Below, piece by piece: positions 7,597-16,889 of a stretch of DNA of 41,995 nt (positions are counted from its first letter, which is position 1; each line of letters starts with the position of its first letter). Where the stretch lies: assembly GCA_016934535.1 (NCBI GenBank), contig JAFGSQ010000007.1, positions 62,001-103,995 on the forward strand, written 5' to 3'. Source of the DNA: a candidate division WOR-3 bacterium. Its GTDB lineage: Bacteria; SDB-A. The notes under the pieces are model-generated. The model ran no database searches. It was not told where the DNA came from and worked only from the letters and a program-made list of their open reading frames with translations. Made by a program: the position numbers and the translations under genes.

Positions 7597-8483
7597 TTAT
7601 AACTCAGGATTCTTCACGGAGTGTTCACGATCCGGTTATGGTTCCCTTTGTAGTTTCGATCTTCTCGGTTCTTTACGGCGGAAGGTTTCTAGACTTGACT
7701 GCGGGTCAGGGTGGTCATAGCTACTGGATAATGAGGTCATTGAAACCTTCGTATCTTGTTTGTGTTGACAGGGATAAAGAAGCTTTGGAGTATTCCGACT
7801 TACGACTGAAAAATTTTAACACCGATCATAAGTTCTTCCACATGAGATTCTCGCTTGCATTGGATGCTTTTACAGAAAATAATGAAAGATTCGACGGCGT
7901 GCTCGCTGATCTCGGCATGTCGAACATGCAGCTTGTTTCTGACAGAGGCTTCAGTTACAAATTTGACACCCCTCTCGACATGAGAATGGACAAAGATCAG
8001 AAAATCAGTCTTGAAAAAATAATAAAGGATTCGTCAATAGAGGATCTCCGCGGCATTCTTTCCGTCTCAGGGAGAAGAGACGAAGCCAAGTCGCTGGCTA
8101 AAGCCATATTTGAAAAAAAAAATGAGATAAGAACCACCGGGGATCTTACGGACCTGATAAGAAAAAAAGGATCCAGGCACGATGCGGCGAAAAGACTTTC
8201 ACGCTGTTTTCAATCTTTCAGAATGGCCGTGAATGATGAAATCACCGAACTCGAACTGCTTTTGGAAAAATTGCCCGGTATAGTAAATCCCGGCGGAAGG
8301 GTCGTTATAATTTCGTATCAGTCCCAGGAAGATTCAATTGTAAAAAGCCGTTTTCTCGAATGGGAAAAGCGGAACATTGCCTCGAGGATTTTCAAACACG
8401 TGGTAAAACCTTCAAAGGATGAAAAGGCGAAAAACAGCAAATCGAGAAGCGCTCATTTGAGATGCGCGGAGTTTTTAAGATGA
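7593..8483 (+). CDS. rsmH: 16S rRNA m4C1402 methyltransferase RsmH (MraW)
   Basis: HDPVM, DLTAGQGGHS, DRD, DLGMSNMQL, RGFSY, PLDMRMD, FQSFRMAVNDE, SRSAHLR. Confidence 0.93.
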   Translation: MIITQDSSRSVHDPVMVPFVVSIFSVLYGGRFLDLTAGQGGHSYWIMRSLKPSYLVCVDRDKEALEYSDLRLKNFNTDHKFFHMRFSLALDAFTENNERFDGVLADLGMSNMQLVSDRGFSYKFDTPLDMRMDKDQKISLEKIIKDSSIEDLRGILSVSGRRDEAKSLAKAIFEKKNEIRTTGDLTDLIRKKGSRHDAAKRLSRCFQSFRMAVNDEITELELLLEKLPGIVNPGGRVVIISYQSQEDSIVKSRFLEWEKRNIASRIFKHVVKPSKDEKAKNSKSRSAHLRCAEFLR

Positions 8484-8776
8484 AGAAGATTTTGATCGGG
8501 GCCGGGCTGTCCGGATTATTCGTTTTCGCGGGTTTTATACTGACAGTTACTCAGAGATCAACCGCAATGACTTTGACGAACGAAACGTTTTCAATGGAGA
8601 GAGAAATCGACAGGAAAAAACAGGAATTGTTGAAGGGTCAGATAGTTTTGGACGACAGTTTTTTTTCAGCTGAAATCCTGAGGTCGCTTTCGGAAACTCT
8701 CGGATATTTCTTTGTAGAAACAAGCGAATCGGCGTCTATAGCAATAATTGATTTGGAAGGTTCTTCGGATGATTAA
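8480..8776 (+). CDS. ftsL: Probable cell division protein FtsL (small bitopic protein)
   Basis: Position between rsmH and ftsI; one N-terminal TM helix followed by a coiled-coil-like segment; ATGA overlap with rsmH. Sequence is too diverged to confirm by eye. Confidence 0.6.
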   Translation: MKKILIGAGLSGLFVFAGFILTVTQRSTAMTLTNETFSMEREIDRKKQELLKGQIVLDDSFFSAEILRSLSETLGYFFVETSESASIAIIDLEGSSDD

Positions 8777-10421
8777 AAAAATCAGCAAACATCCGAAAAT
8801 AGAAATATTGTCTTTTTTAGCGTTCGCTTTACTGTTCGTTTTCGCGCTCGAATCCGGAAAAGTAGCTCTCTCAGAAAATTACCGTCAGAAGGCCAGGGAA
8901 ATGACAGCGTACAGTTTTTCACCTGAAATTCTAAGAGGTGCAATTTTGGACAGAAAAGGCAGATGCATTGCCTATTCCCATAAGACAGTCTCAGTTTTTA
9001 TGTATCCGGAAAGTATTGATAACAAAGAGGAATGCGCCGAAAGACTTGAAAATATAGGAGTTATGAGAGCCGAAGAATTGTTGGAAATTGCCACCAATAA
9101 ACGCGGATTCACTTGGATAATGCGGGACGCATCGGACGATATAAGCCGTTCGGTAAAAGATGAAATGATCCCCGGAGTGGGGGTGTTTTATGATCAGATA
9201 AGATATTACGGGAGGGCAGGATCTTTCAGCAATCTCATAGGATTAGTCGATCCTGCGAACATAGGAATATCGGGTATCGAGTATACTTTCGATAATTTCC
9301 TGAGAGGTGGCAAAGACACAGCCGTCATGTCGCTGACACAAAGGGGGAATTTGTATCTGGGGGCTTCTTTATTGGAAAGACCGAGATTCAGGGGAGACGA
9401 TGTTTATTTAAGTATAGACATGGATGTGCAGGACATCGCTTATGTGGCTTTAAAAAATGCCGTGGAGCGTTTTTCGGCAAAATCCGGAACTGTTGTGATA
9501 ATTGACCCGAACACTGGCGCCGTGAGGGCTATGGTCACTGTAGGGGAAAGGAATATTAACATGGCAGTCGACTGGCAGTTCGAACCGGGTTCGACTTTTA
9601 AGCTAATAATCGCCGGAGCCGCTCTTGCATCAAATTCGGTTCAACTCGATGAAATTGTTGAAACCGGAAAATGCAAAATTGAGATTGGAGACTACGTAAT
9701 AAAAGACGCAGAGATTCACGGGCCGCTCGATTTCAGAGGGGCTTTTATACATTCATCGAATGTAGGAATGGTAACGGTCGCGAGGAAGACAGGGGCGGGC
9801 ACTCTGTATAAACACTTGCTGCTTTTCGGATTCGGCGAGAAAACGGACATTGATCTTCCCCACGAAGCGAGAGGTTCCGTCCCCGAAGAAAGTCAATGGA
9901 TAGAGGTGAAACTTGCCACCGTGGCTTTCGGTCAGGGTTTGTCTGTAACTCCTTTGCAAATGGCTGCGGCTTATGCAGCTGTTGCCAACGGCGGACTGTT
10001 GATAAGGCCGAAAATAGTAGACAGCATTGTTTCTCCCTTACGGGGTACGCTAATAAAAAAAACCGACACACTAAGGCGAGTTCTGCCCGAAGAAATTACA
10101 GACACTCTTACAGCTCTCCTTGTAGAAGCGGTTGAAACCGGAACGGGAAAAAGCGCACGCGTACAAGGCATGAGAATAGCCGGGAAAACCGGAACAGCTC
10201 AAATAGCTTCTGAAAGCGGAGGCTACCGTGAAGACGCTTACATATCCTCCTTTATGGGTTATTTTCCAGCTGAAGACCCTGATTATGTAATATGTGTTGT
10301 CATTGAAGAACCCAGAGGAGCTTACTACGGCGGCGCAGTGGCCGCTCCGGTCTTCAGAGAAATCGCCAATTATATAATTTATACCATGACTGTTATAGAG
10401 ACAGCGAGAACCCAGATATGA
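8769..10421 (+). CDS. ftsI: Penicillin-binding protein FtsI (class B transpeptidase)
   Basis: RGAILDRKG, GISGIE, SxxK (EPGSTFK), SxN (HSSNVG), KTG (GKTGTAQ), GGAVAAPVF; N-terminal TM helix. Confidence 0.93.
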   Translation: MIKKISKHPKIEILSFLAFALLFVFALESGKVALSENYRQKAREMTAYSFSPEILRGAILDRKGRCIAYSHKTVSVFMYPESIDNKEECAERLENIGVMRAEELLEIATNKRGFTWIMRDASDDISRSVKDEMIPGVGVFYDQIRYYGRAGSFSNLIGLVDPANIGISGIEYTFDNFLRGGKDTAVMSLTQRGNLYLGASLLERPRFRGDDVYLSIDMDVQDIAYVALKNAVERFSAKSGTVVIIDPNTGAVRAMVTVGERNINMAVDWQFEPGSTFKLIIAGAALASNSVQLDEIVETGKCKIEIGDYVIKDAEIHGPLDFRGAFIHSSNVGMVTVARKTGAGTLYKHLLLFGFGEKTDIDLPHEARGSVPEESQWIEVKLATVAFGQGLSVTPLQMAAAYAAVANGGLLIRPKIVDSIVSPLRGTLIKKTDTLRRVLPEEITDTLTALLVEAVETGTGKSARVQGMRIAGKTGTAQIASESGGYREDAYISSFMGYFPAEDPDYVICVVIEEPRGAYYGGAVAAPVFREIANYIIYTMTVIETARTQI

Positions 10422-11887
10422 GAACTTTAAAGGAGATAAAGCAAAAATTCCAATATCTGAAGATAATGGGCGCTAATGCAGATGAAATTGAAATTCACGG
10501 TATAGGACCGGATTCGAGAACTGTTGAAAAGGGCGACGTGTTCGTCGCATTAAACGGAAACAATTCAAGAGGAGTTGAATGGGCGGAAAAAGCCGTTGAA
10601 AAAGGCGCCGTTGCGATCCTTTCGGAAAATTGCTCCGGTATTCACTTTGAAGTGCCTCACATAATCTGCCGCGACGTAAAAAAAACATCGATCGAGTTGG
10701 CTGATTTTATTTACGGTAACCCTGTTGATTCCCTTGTTCTAAACGGTATTACGGGGACTAACGGAAAAACGACCACTGCTTTCATGCTCAGATCTATTTT
10801 CGATAAAGCGGGATATATCACGGGTATGATAGGGACAACGGGGCATTACTTTCCCGGAGAAGTCGAAAAGGCTTTCAATACAACTCCGCCTGCAGTTGAG
10901 TTATTCAGAATTATTGGAAAAATGAAAAATAAAAACGTCAGTCACCTGGTCATAGAAGTGTCTTCTCATGCGCTAACTATGGGAAGAGTGGAAAAGGTCA
11001 AATTTGATACTGTCATATTTTCAAGTTTTGGCCACGATCATCTCGACTGGCACGGCGATGTGGAAAAATACTTTGAGGCAAAATTGAAAATATTTTCGCT
11101 CATGAAAAATGATTCTTTTGCATGTGTCAATTCGTCAGTAGGAAGGAGAAGTGAAATCCTGCAGGCTGCAAGGAAGCCCGTTTATTTTTATTCCATGATA
11201 AACGGATCGGATTATTGGATAGAACCCGGGGAATCGGATTTAAAATTTTCCACTTTCCTTTTCATGGGAGAAGGGGCGAACTTTGAAATTGAACTGAAAA
11301 TACCGGGGCGCATTAACATTCTGAATGCTGCTGGAGCGGCATTATGTGCTCTTAAACTCGGGATTGAAACTCATGTCATCAAGAGAGGTTTGGAAAGTGT
11401 TGAAGAAATCCCGGGAAGAATGCAAAAAATACGATCTAACGCTACGTTCAGCGTGTTCGTAGATTTTGCGCATACACCTGACGCTTTGGAGAATTTACTC
11501 TCGAGCATTAAAGCCATGAAGCCTTCGAGGTTGATTGCTGTTTTCGGATGCGGAGGTGACAGGGACAGTCTCAAAAGACCTCTCATGGGAAAAATAGCTG
11601 AGATATATTCAGATCTGATCATTCTGACTGATGACAATCCTCGAAGCGAAGACCCGGATGAAATAATTTCACAAATCGAAAACGGAATGTCAGCAAAACC
11701 GCTGATTATAAGAGATAGAAAAGAAGCGATTAGGGTTGCAATAAGGAAAGCTAAAAAAAACGATGTAGTGGTCGTTTGCGGTAAAGGTCACGAAACGTAT
11801 CAGATAAGCGGAGATAAAGTAATCGACTTTGACGACAGAGAGGAAGCAGCTGCAGCCCTCAGGGAGTTAGGATGGAATTCGAACTAG
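10418..11887 (+). CDS. murE: UDP-MurNAc-tripeptide (meso-DAP) ligase MurE
   Basis: GITGTNGKTTT, NTTP, EVSSHAL, DHLDWH, VDFAHTPDAL, FGCGGDRD, DDNPR (DAP specificity motif), GKGHE. Confidence 0.96.
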   Translation: MRTLKEIKQKFQYLKIMGANADEIEIHGIGPDSRTVEKGDVFVALNGNNSRGVEWAEKAVEKGAVAILSENCSGIHFEVPHIICRDVKKTSIELADFIYGNPVDSLVLNGITGTNGKTTTAFMLRSIFDKAGYITGMIGTTGHYFPGEVEKAFNTTPPAVELFRIIGKMKNKNVSHLVIEVSSHALTMGRVEKVKFDTVIFSSFGHDHLDWHGDVEKYFEAKLKIFSLMKNDSFACVNSSVGRRSEILQAARKPVYFYSMINGSDYWIEPGESDLKFSTFLFMGEGANFEIELKIPGRINILNAAGAALCALKLGIETHVIKRGLESVEEIPGRMQKIRSNATFSVFVDFAHTPDALENLLSSIKAMKPSRLIAVFGCGGDRDSLKRPLMGKIAEIYSDLIILTDDNPRSEDPDEIISQIENGMSAKPLIIRDRKEAIRVAIRKAKKNDVVVVCGKGHETYQISGDKVIDFDDREEAAAALRELGWNSN

Positions 11888-13212
11888 CATATATTGCCGG
11901 TATAACAGGGGCGACAGTCGAAAATACAGGAATTGAAAAAAAAGCGATTGGCTTTTCTGTTGATTCGAGAATTATCCGCAGAGGTGAAATATTTGTGGCG
12001 ATCAAAGGGGAGAAAACTGACGGACACGTCTTCTCGGAAGAAGCGCTGAAAAAAGGTGCTGTCGCAGTAATGTGCGAAAAAAAAATCAGAGGACCCTCGA
12101 TCTTAGTTCATGACTGCATAGAAGCTATCGGAAAACTGGCCAGAGAAAGAATCGAAGTTTCCGGAGCCAAAGTAATTGGCGTAACCGGTTCTTTAGGAAA
12201 AACGACGACGAAAGAAGCTATAAAAGCAGTGCTGGAAACAGAATTTCATGTCGTCGCCAACGAAGGAAATCTGAACACTGAAATCGGTCTTCCTATGGCT
12301 GTTCTCAACAATGTCAAAAAAGCTGAAATATTCGTCCTTGAAATGGGAGCGAGAAAAAAAGGAGATATAACAAGGCTTTGTAAAATTGCCGAACCTGACA
12401 TAGCCGTCGTTACTAAAATAGCTCCGGTTCATCTTGAAATATTCGGTTCTTTGAAGAATATCATTGAGGCAAAGATGGAAATACTGGAAAATCTCGGCCC
12501 TGGTGGTTTGGCAGTACTCAACGGAGATGACGACGTGCTTGCAGAAATAAAAAATGCACGGGTCAGTGATGTGATTTACTTCGGGATCCGGAGTCAGAAT
12601 ATTACACGCATTCTGTATGGAAAAAACGAAACCAAATTTAAAATAGAAAATCAAGACTTCACTGTAAATGTCCCCAGTCAATCAGGACTTTATGCCGCTC
12701 TTGCGGCTATAAAAGTCGGAAGTCTGCTTGGTGTTGAAATGCGGCGAATGGCAGAAAATATTGCAATGATGAAACTGCTTCCGAACAGGCTTGAAACATT
12801 TGAAATTGACGGAGTTGTTTTCATAAACGATTCATACAACTCCAGCCCCGTTGCTCTCGAGGCAGCTTTGGAATACGTTTCCGGGACTTACGAAGGAAGG
12901 AAAATTGCCGTGATAGGCGATATGAAAGAACTCGGAAAAGAAAGCGGTTTATTTCACGAGCAAGCCGGCACGAGTGCGTCAAAAAAAGGTTTTTCTCAAA
13001 TAATCGCTGTAGGCGTTTACGCAAAGCATGTAAAAGAGGGATTCAAGAATAACGGCAAAACAATCTTTCATGAGGCGGGAGATTGGAAGCAGGCGCTGGA
13101 TGTACTTAATAATATAATGAAAAAAGGAGACGTCGTGCTGATAAAAGGAAGCAGGGCGATGGAGCTCGATATGATAGCCAAATCATTGAAAAACGGCGGC
13201 GCAAGTGTTTAA
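11872..13212 (+). CDS. murF: UDP-MurNAc-tripeptide--D-Ala-D-Ala ligase MurF
   Basis: DSR, DGH, GVTGSLGKTTTK, NLNTEIGLP, EMGA, INDSYNSSP, GDMKELG, KGSR. Confidence 0.96.
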   Translation: MEFELAYIAGITGATVENTGIEKKAIGFSVDSRIIRRGEIFVAIKGEKTDGHVFSEEALKKGAVAVMCEKKIRGPSILVHDCIEAIGKLARERIEVSGAKVIGVTGSLGKTTTKEAIKAVLETEFHVVANEGNLNTEIGLPMAVLNNVKKAEIFVLEMGARKKGDITRLCKIAEPDIAVVTKIAPVHLEIFGSLKNIIEAKMEILENLGPGGLAVLNGDDDVLAEIKNARVSDVIYFGIRSQNITRILYGKNETKFKIENQDFTVNVPSQSGLYAALAAIKVGSLLGVEMRRMAENIAMMKLLPNRLETFEIDGVVFINDSYNSSPVALEAALEYVSGTYEGRKIAVIGDMKELGKESGLFHEQAGTSASKKGFSQIIAVGVYAKHVKEGFKNNGKTIFHEAGDWKQALDVLNNIMKKGDVVLIKGSRAMELDMIAKSLKNGGASV

Positions 13213-14287
13213 GTTGCTGTTCCAATTCAGGGAATCTTTTTCTGTACTGAATATACTGGGTTATATAACTTTCAGATCGGCATATGCAGTAATAACTTCT
13301 CTCGTAATTTCATTTTTCGCAGGACCAATAGTAATAAGAAAACTTAAAAAATACAAAACCGGTATGACAGTCAGAGAATTTACACCCGAAGGCCATGAAA
13401 AAAAGATAGGAACTCCGTCCATGGGCGGAATACTGATGATTGTCTCGATTATAATATCTGTGTTGATTTGGGGGGATCTTACAAACAGAAACGTCATAAT
13501 ACTTCTGTCCTCTCTGCTGTGGCTTGGATTATTCGGATTTCTTGACGATTTGATGAAAATGAAAAGAAAAAAAGGCATGAGAGGGAAATACAAGCTGGCG
13601 GGGCAGATACTTTTGGCCGGTTTTGTCGGTCTCGTGCTTTTTAAATTTCCTTCTCATGGAGAGCTGAAAGTAACGCAGACTAATGCTCTTTTTCTTAAGA
13701 ACCTTGTGGTTGATTTCGGCTGGTTTTATATTCCACTCATTCTTACAGTAATACTCGGAGCGTCTAATTCAGTAAACATAACGGACGGGCTCGATGGTCT
13801 GGCCGCCGGCTCTTTGGCTACTGCCTTTGCTTCATTTTCAGTCGTTGCATACATAGTTGGAAATATTAAGGCTTCGCAATATTTGCACATAGGTTTCGAT
13901 CCGTCTGCCGCAGAATTAACTGTTTTCGGAGCAGCAGCTTTCGGTGCGTGCCTCGGATTTTTGTGGTTTAACGCTCATCCTGCCCAGGTGTTTATGGGAG
14001 ACACCGGTTCTCTTTCATTGGGTGGAGCGCTGGGTTTAATGGCCGTTCTTCTGAAGCAGGAAATACTGCTGGTGTTTGTGGGAGGTGTGTTCGTTCTGGA
14101 AGCATTGTCGGTTATCATGCAGGTTTCATATTTTAAAATAACCGGTGGAAAGCGAATATTCAAGATGACTCCCATACATCATCATTTCGAAAAATGCGGA
14201 TGGTCCGAGAGTAAAATAGTCGTCAGATTCTGGCTGCTTGCTATTTTATTTGCTCTAATCGGCATCAGCACATTAAAGATCAGGTGA
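13205..14287 (+). CDS. mraY: Phospho-N-acetylmuramoyl-pentapeptide transferase MraY
   Basis: GTPSMGG, GFLDD, NITDGLDGLA, FMGDTGSL, PIHHHFE; polytopic membrane protein; GTG start. Confidence 0.97.
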   Translation: MFKLLFQFRESFSVLNILGYITFRSAYAVITSLVISFFAGPIVIRKLKKYKTGMTVREFTPEGHEKKIGTPSMGGILMIVSIIISVLIWGDLTNRNVIILLSSLLWLGLFGFLDDLMKMKRKKGMRGKYKLAGQILLAGFVGLVLFKFPSHGELKVTQTNALFLKNLVVDFGWFYIPLILTVILGASNSVNITDGLDGLAAGSLATAFASFSVVAYIVGNIKASQYLHIGFDPSAAELTVFGAAAFGACLGFLWFNAHPAQVFMGDTGSLSLGGALGLMAVLLKQEILLVFVGGVFVLEALSVIMQVSYFKITGGKRIFKMTPIHHHFEKCGWSESKIVVRFWLLAILFALIGISTLKIR

Positions 14288-14290
14288 GAT

Positions 14291-15631
14291 ATGGAAAAAG
14301 CGACAGTCATAGGTGCAGGAAGAAGCGGAATAGCCGCCGCCAAACTTCTGTCCGCAATGGGCAGCACTGTCTTTGTAACCGATCAGAATCCGATAACTGC
14401 CGATAATAAAAAAGTCCTAAATTCGTTGGGAATTGATTTTGAAGAAAAAGGGCACACTGAAAAGGCCTACGCTTGTGATTACGCAGTAGTGAGCCCGGGG
14501 ATAGACAAAAATTCCGTTGTATTGAAAGTGGCGGCAAATCGAAAAATTAAAATCATTTCCGAGATAGAACTGGCGCAGATAAACATGAAAGGCAAACTTC
14601 TGGCTGTAACCGGTACAAACGGAAAAAGCACAACCACGGCTCTGGCAGCTCATATATTGAATGAATCCGGAATGATATGCCATGTTGGCGGAAATTTGGC
14701 TCCGGGAATTCCTCTTTCAGAAATTTCATTGATTGCGGGACCTGATGAATGGGTCAGCGCGGAGATAAGCAGTTTTCAAATGGAACACGTCTCAGATTTC
14801 AAAGCAGACGCGGCTATTTGGACTAACATATCAAGCGATCATCTTGACAGGCATGGGAACATTTACAGTTATGCTTCTCTCAAAGCCGATTTGATAGGGA
14901 GGGTGAAAGAAAAAGGATTTGCAATTCTCAATTTCAGCGACGAAGCCATTGCCAGGATGACCGAAAAAGCCGCGTGCAGAAGATATTTCTTCGGAAACGA
15001 GGACAGGAGGGTCAGTGGTTTTGTAAGAAATAATAAGGCGGTCTTCAGACCTGACGCCGGAGTGGAATTTTCAGTGGACGAAAAAGATATTTTCCTCAGA
15101 GGAAGCCACAATCTTGAAAATATACTTGCAGCAGGGCTTGCAGGATATTTTATTGGAGCCCGACCCAATAAAATCATCGAAGCAGTCAAAAGCTTCAAGG
15201 GACTTCCTCATAGACTTGAGACAGTAGGCGTGTTCGACGGAATACTATTTGTTAACAATTCTATGTGCACTAACGAAGCCGCTTTCAGAAGATCGCTAGA
15301 AGCATACAAAGGCTCCGTAGTTATAGTTGGTGGGAAAGCAAAAAAGACAGACTTGAGCGTTATTGCGGCAACATGCAAAGAGTTGACAAAATTCGTGGTT
15401 CTTATAGGAGCCAGTTCAGGCGAATTGTCCTTAAAACTGAAAAAAATGAACGTGCCTCATAAATCCGTAAAAGGAATGCGCGAAGCTGTTGAAGCGGCGG
15501 TAAAAATAGCCGAAGAAGGAGACCAGGTAATACTCAATCCCGGCATGGCAAGCTTTGACATGTTCAGGGATTTTCAAGACAGGGGGGAAGCTTTTAAAAG
15601 TGCCATCGAGGAACATTATGGAAAAATATGA
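14291..15631 (+). CDS. murD: UDP-MurNAc-L-Ala--D-Glu ligase MurD
   Basis: GAGRSG, VVSPG, VTGTNGKSTT, EISSFQ, DHLDRH, GLPHRLE, PGMASFDMFRDFQDRG. Confidence 0.95.
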   Translation: MEKATVIGAGRSGIAAAKLLSAMGSTVFVTDQNPITADNKKVLNSLGIDFEEKGHTEKAYACDYAVVSPGIDKNSVVLKVAANRKIKIISEIELAQINMKGKLLAVTGTNGKSTTTALAAHILNESGMICHVGGNLAPGIPLSEISLIAGPDEWVSAEISSFQMEHVSDFKADAAIWTNISSDHLDRHGNIYSYASLKADLIGRVKEKGFAILNFSDEAIARMTEKAACRRYFFGNEDRRVSGFVRNNKAVFRPDAGVEFSVDEKDIFLRGSHNLENILAAGLAGYFIGARPNKIIEAVKSFKGLPHRLETVGVFDGILFVNNSMCTNEAAFRRSLEAYKGSVVIVGGKAKKTDLSVIAATCKELTKFVVLIGASSGELSLKLKKMNVPHKSVKGMREAVEAAVKIAEEGDQVILNPGMASFDMFRDFQDRGEAFKSAIEEHYGKI

Positions 15632-16889
15632 AGACCGTCTGAGATGCAAATTCAAGAACGCAAATTACGCACTTTTGATTACTGTTTCTGTCTTGCTGGC
15701 TATCGGTATTGTAGCCATGTTCTCGGCTCATCAAAAAGCCTCCGTTTTCAGTTTCGGAACTTCAAGCACTCCCTATAAACATCTTATGAACATTGGAATC
15801 GGTTTTATGGCTTTGTTGATAGCGTTCTGCCTTCCTTTGAAAAAAACCGACAACACAGCTTTAATTTTATTTTTTTCTTTGGCGATTACGGTTCTGCTTT
15901 TTGCAGTAATTCTTTTTGGTACGAACATCAACGGAGCCCACAGATGGCTGCGGCTAGGCCCATTTAATTTTCAGCCGTCCGAACTGGCAAAAATCGTACT
16001 GATATTCTATGTCTCTCATTACATAAGGAGAAAGTACAGCGGAATAAAAGAAAAAAACGCGAAATGGTCGTGGGGGCTTTTGATAGTGATCGGCGGGATA
16101 ATTGCCCTGATCGCTGTTGAACCTGACGTATCGACAGCGCTTGTCCTTATTTTGCTTGTTTTCGTGTTCTTTTTCGTCGGCAAAGTGCCTGTTAAATTTT
16201 CTTTCGTCCTCATCTTCAGCGTTTTAGCGATCGGCGTTTTGCTTTATATGCTTCCCGGAAGCAGGTTCAAGCACATAGACAAGAGAATAAAAAATTACGT
16301 AGTGACGCTCAGAGGAGAGGAAGTAGATACTGATGAAAATTCGCAGGTAGAAAATTCCATCCTTGCTTTCGCCAACGGAGGTCTGTTTGGAAGAGGTCTT
16401 TGCAAGGGAGAACTCAAAAACGGATCATTTATTCCTGAGGTGGACAGAGATATGATAATAGCCGCAATAGGAGAAGAAATGGGGCTTGTCGGCGCTCTAT
16501 TCGTGATGTCTTTGTATTTTGTAATACTTGTTACAGGTTTTAGAATCGCGTTATTTTTCGAAGACAAAGACAGATATTTTTATTTTCTCGCCATGGGCAT
16601 ATCGGTCAATTTTTTTATTTTCGCCATTATACACGCATTCATCAGCATCGGTTCGCTTCCAGCGACGGGATTGGCTCTGCCTTTTATTTCTTACGGCGGA
16701 ACTTCAATGGTAAGTAATATGTTCATGCTTGGAATCATGCTTAACATATCGGCTCTCTCGAAAAGCCATCAGATGAATGAAAATATGATAAAAAAAAGAG
16801 AAATGATTTTTTTCAGTACAAAGAACAAATCTAACACTTTTGTCGGCAGTAGATTGACTCAAAGACAAAAGGCGGTAAAAGCGCGTTGA
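15618..16889 (+). CDS. ftsW: SEDS peptidoglycan polymerase FtsW
   Basis: GAHRWL, FQPSELAK, EPD, GEEMG, LPFISYGGTS; about 10 TM helices; between murD and murG. Confidence 0.93.
   Translation: MEKYEDRLRCKFKNANYALLITVSVLLAIGIVAMFSAHQKASVFSFGTSSTPYKHLMNIGIGFMALLIAFCLPLKKTDNTALILFFSLAITVLLFAVILFGTNINGAHRWLRLGPFNFQPSELAKIVLIFYVSHYIRRKYSGIKEKNAKWSWGLLIVIGGIIALIAVEPDVSTALVLILLVFVFFFVGKVPVKFSFVLIFSVLAIGVLLYMLPGSRFKHIDKRIKNYVVTLRGEEVDTDENSQVENSILAFANGGLFGRGLCKGELKNGSFIPEVDRDMIIAAIGEEMGLVGALFVMSLYFVILVTGFRIALFFEDKDRYFYFLAMGISVNFFIFAIIHAFISIGSLPATGLALPFISYGGTSMVSNMFMLGIMLNISALSKSHQMNENMIKKREMIFFSTKNKSNTFVGSRLTQRQKAVKAR

Noticed and set aside
8113-8122. A10 homopolymer in rsmH as a phase-variation tract
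   Set aside because: The frame is intact (E-K-K-N), and long A runs are common in this Lys-rich, A-rich sequence.
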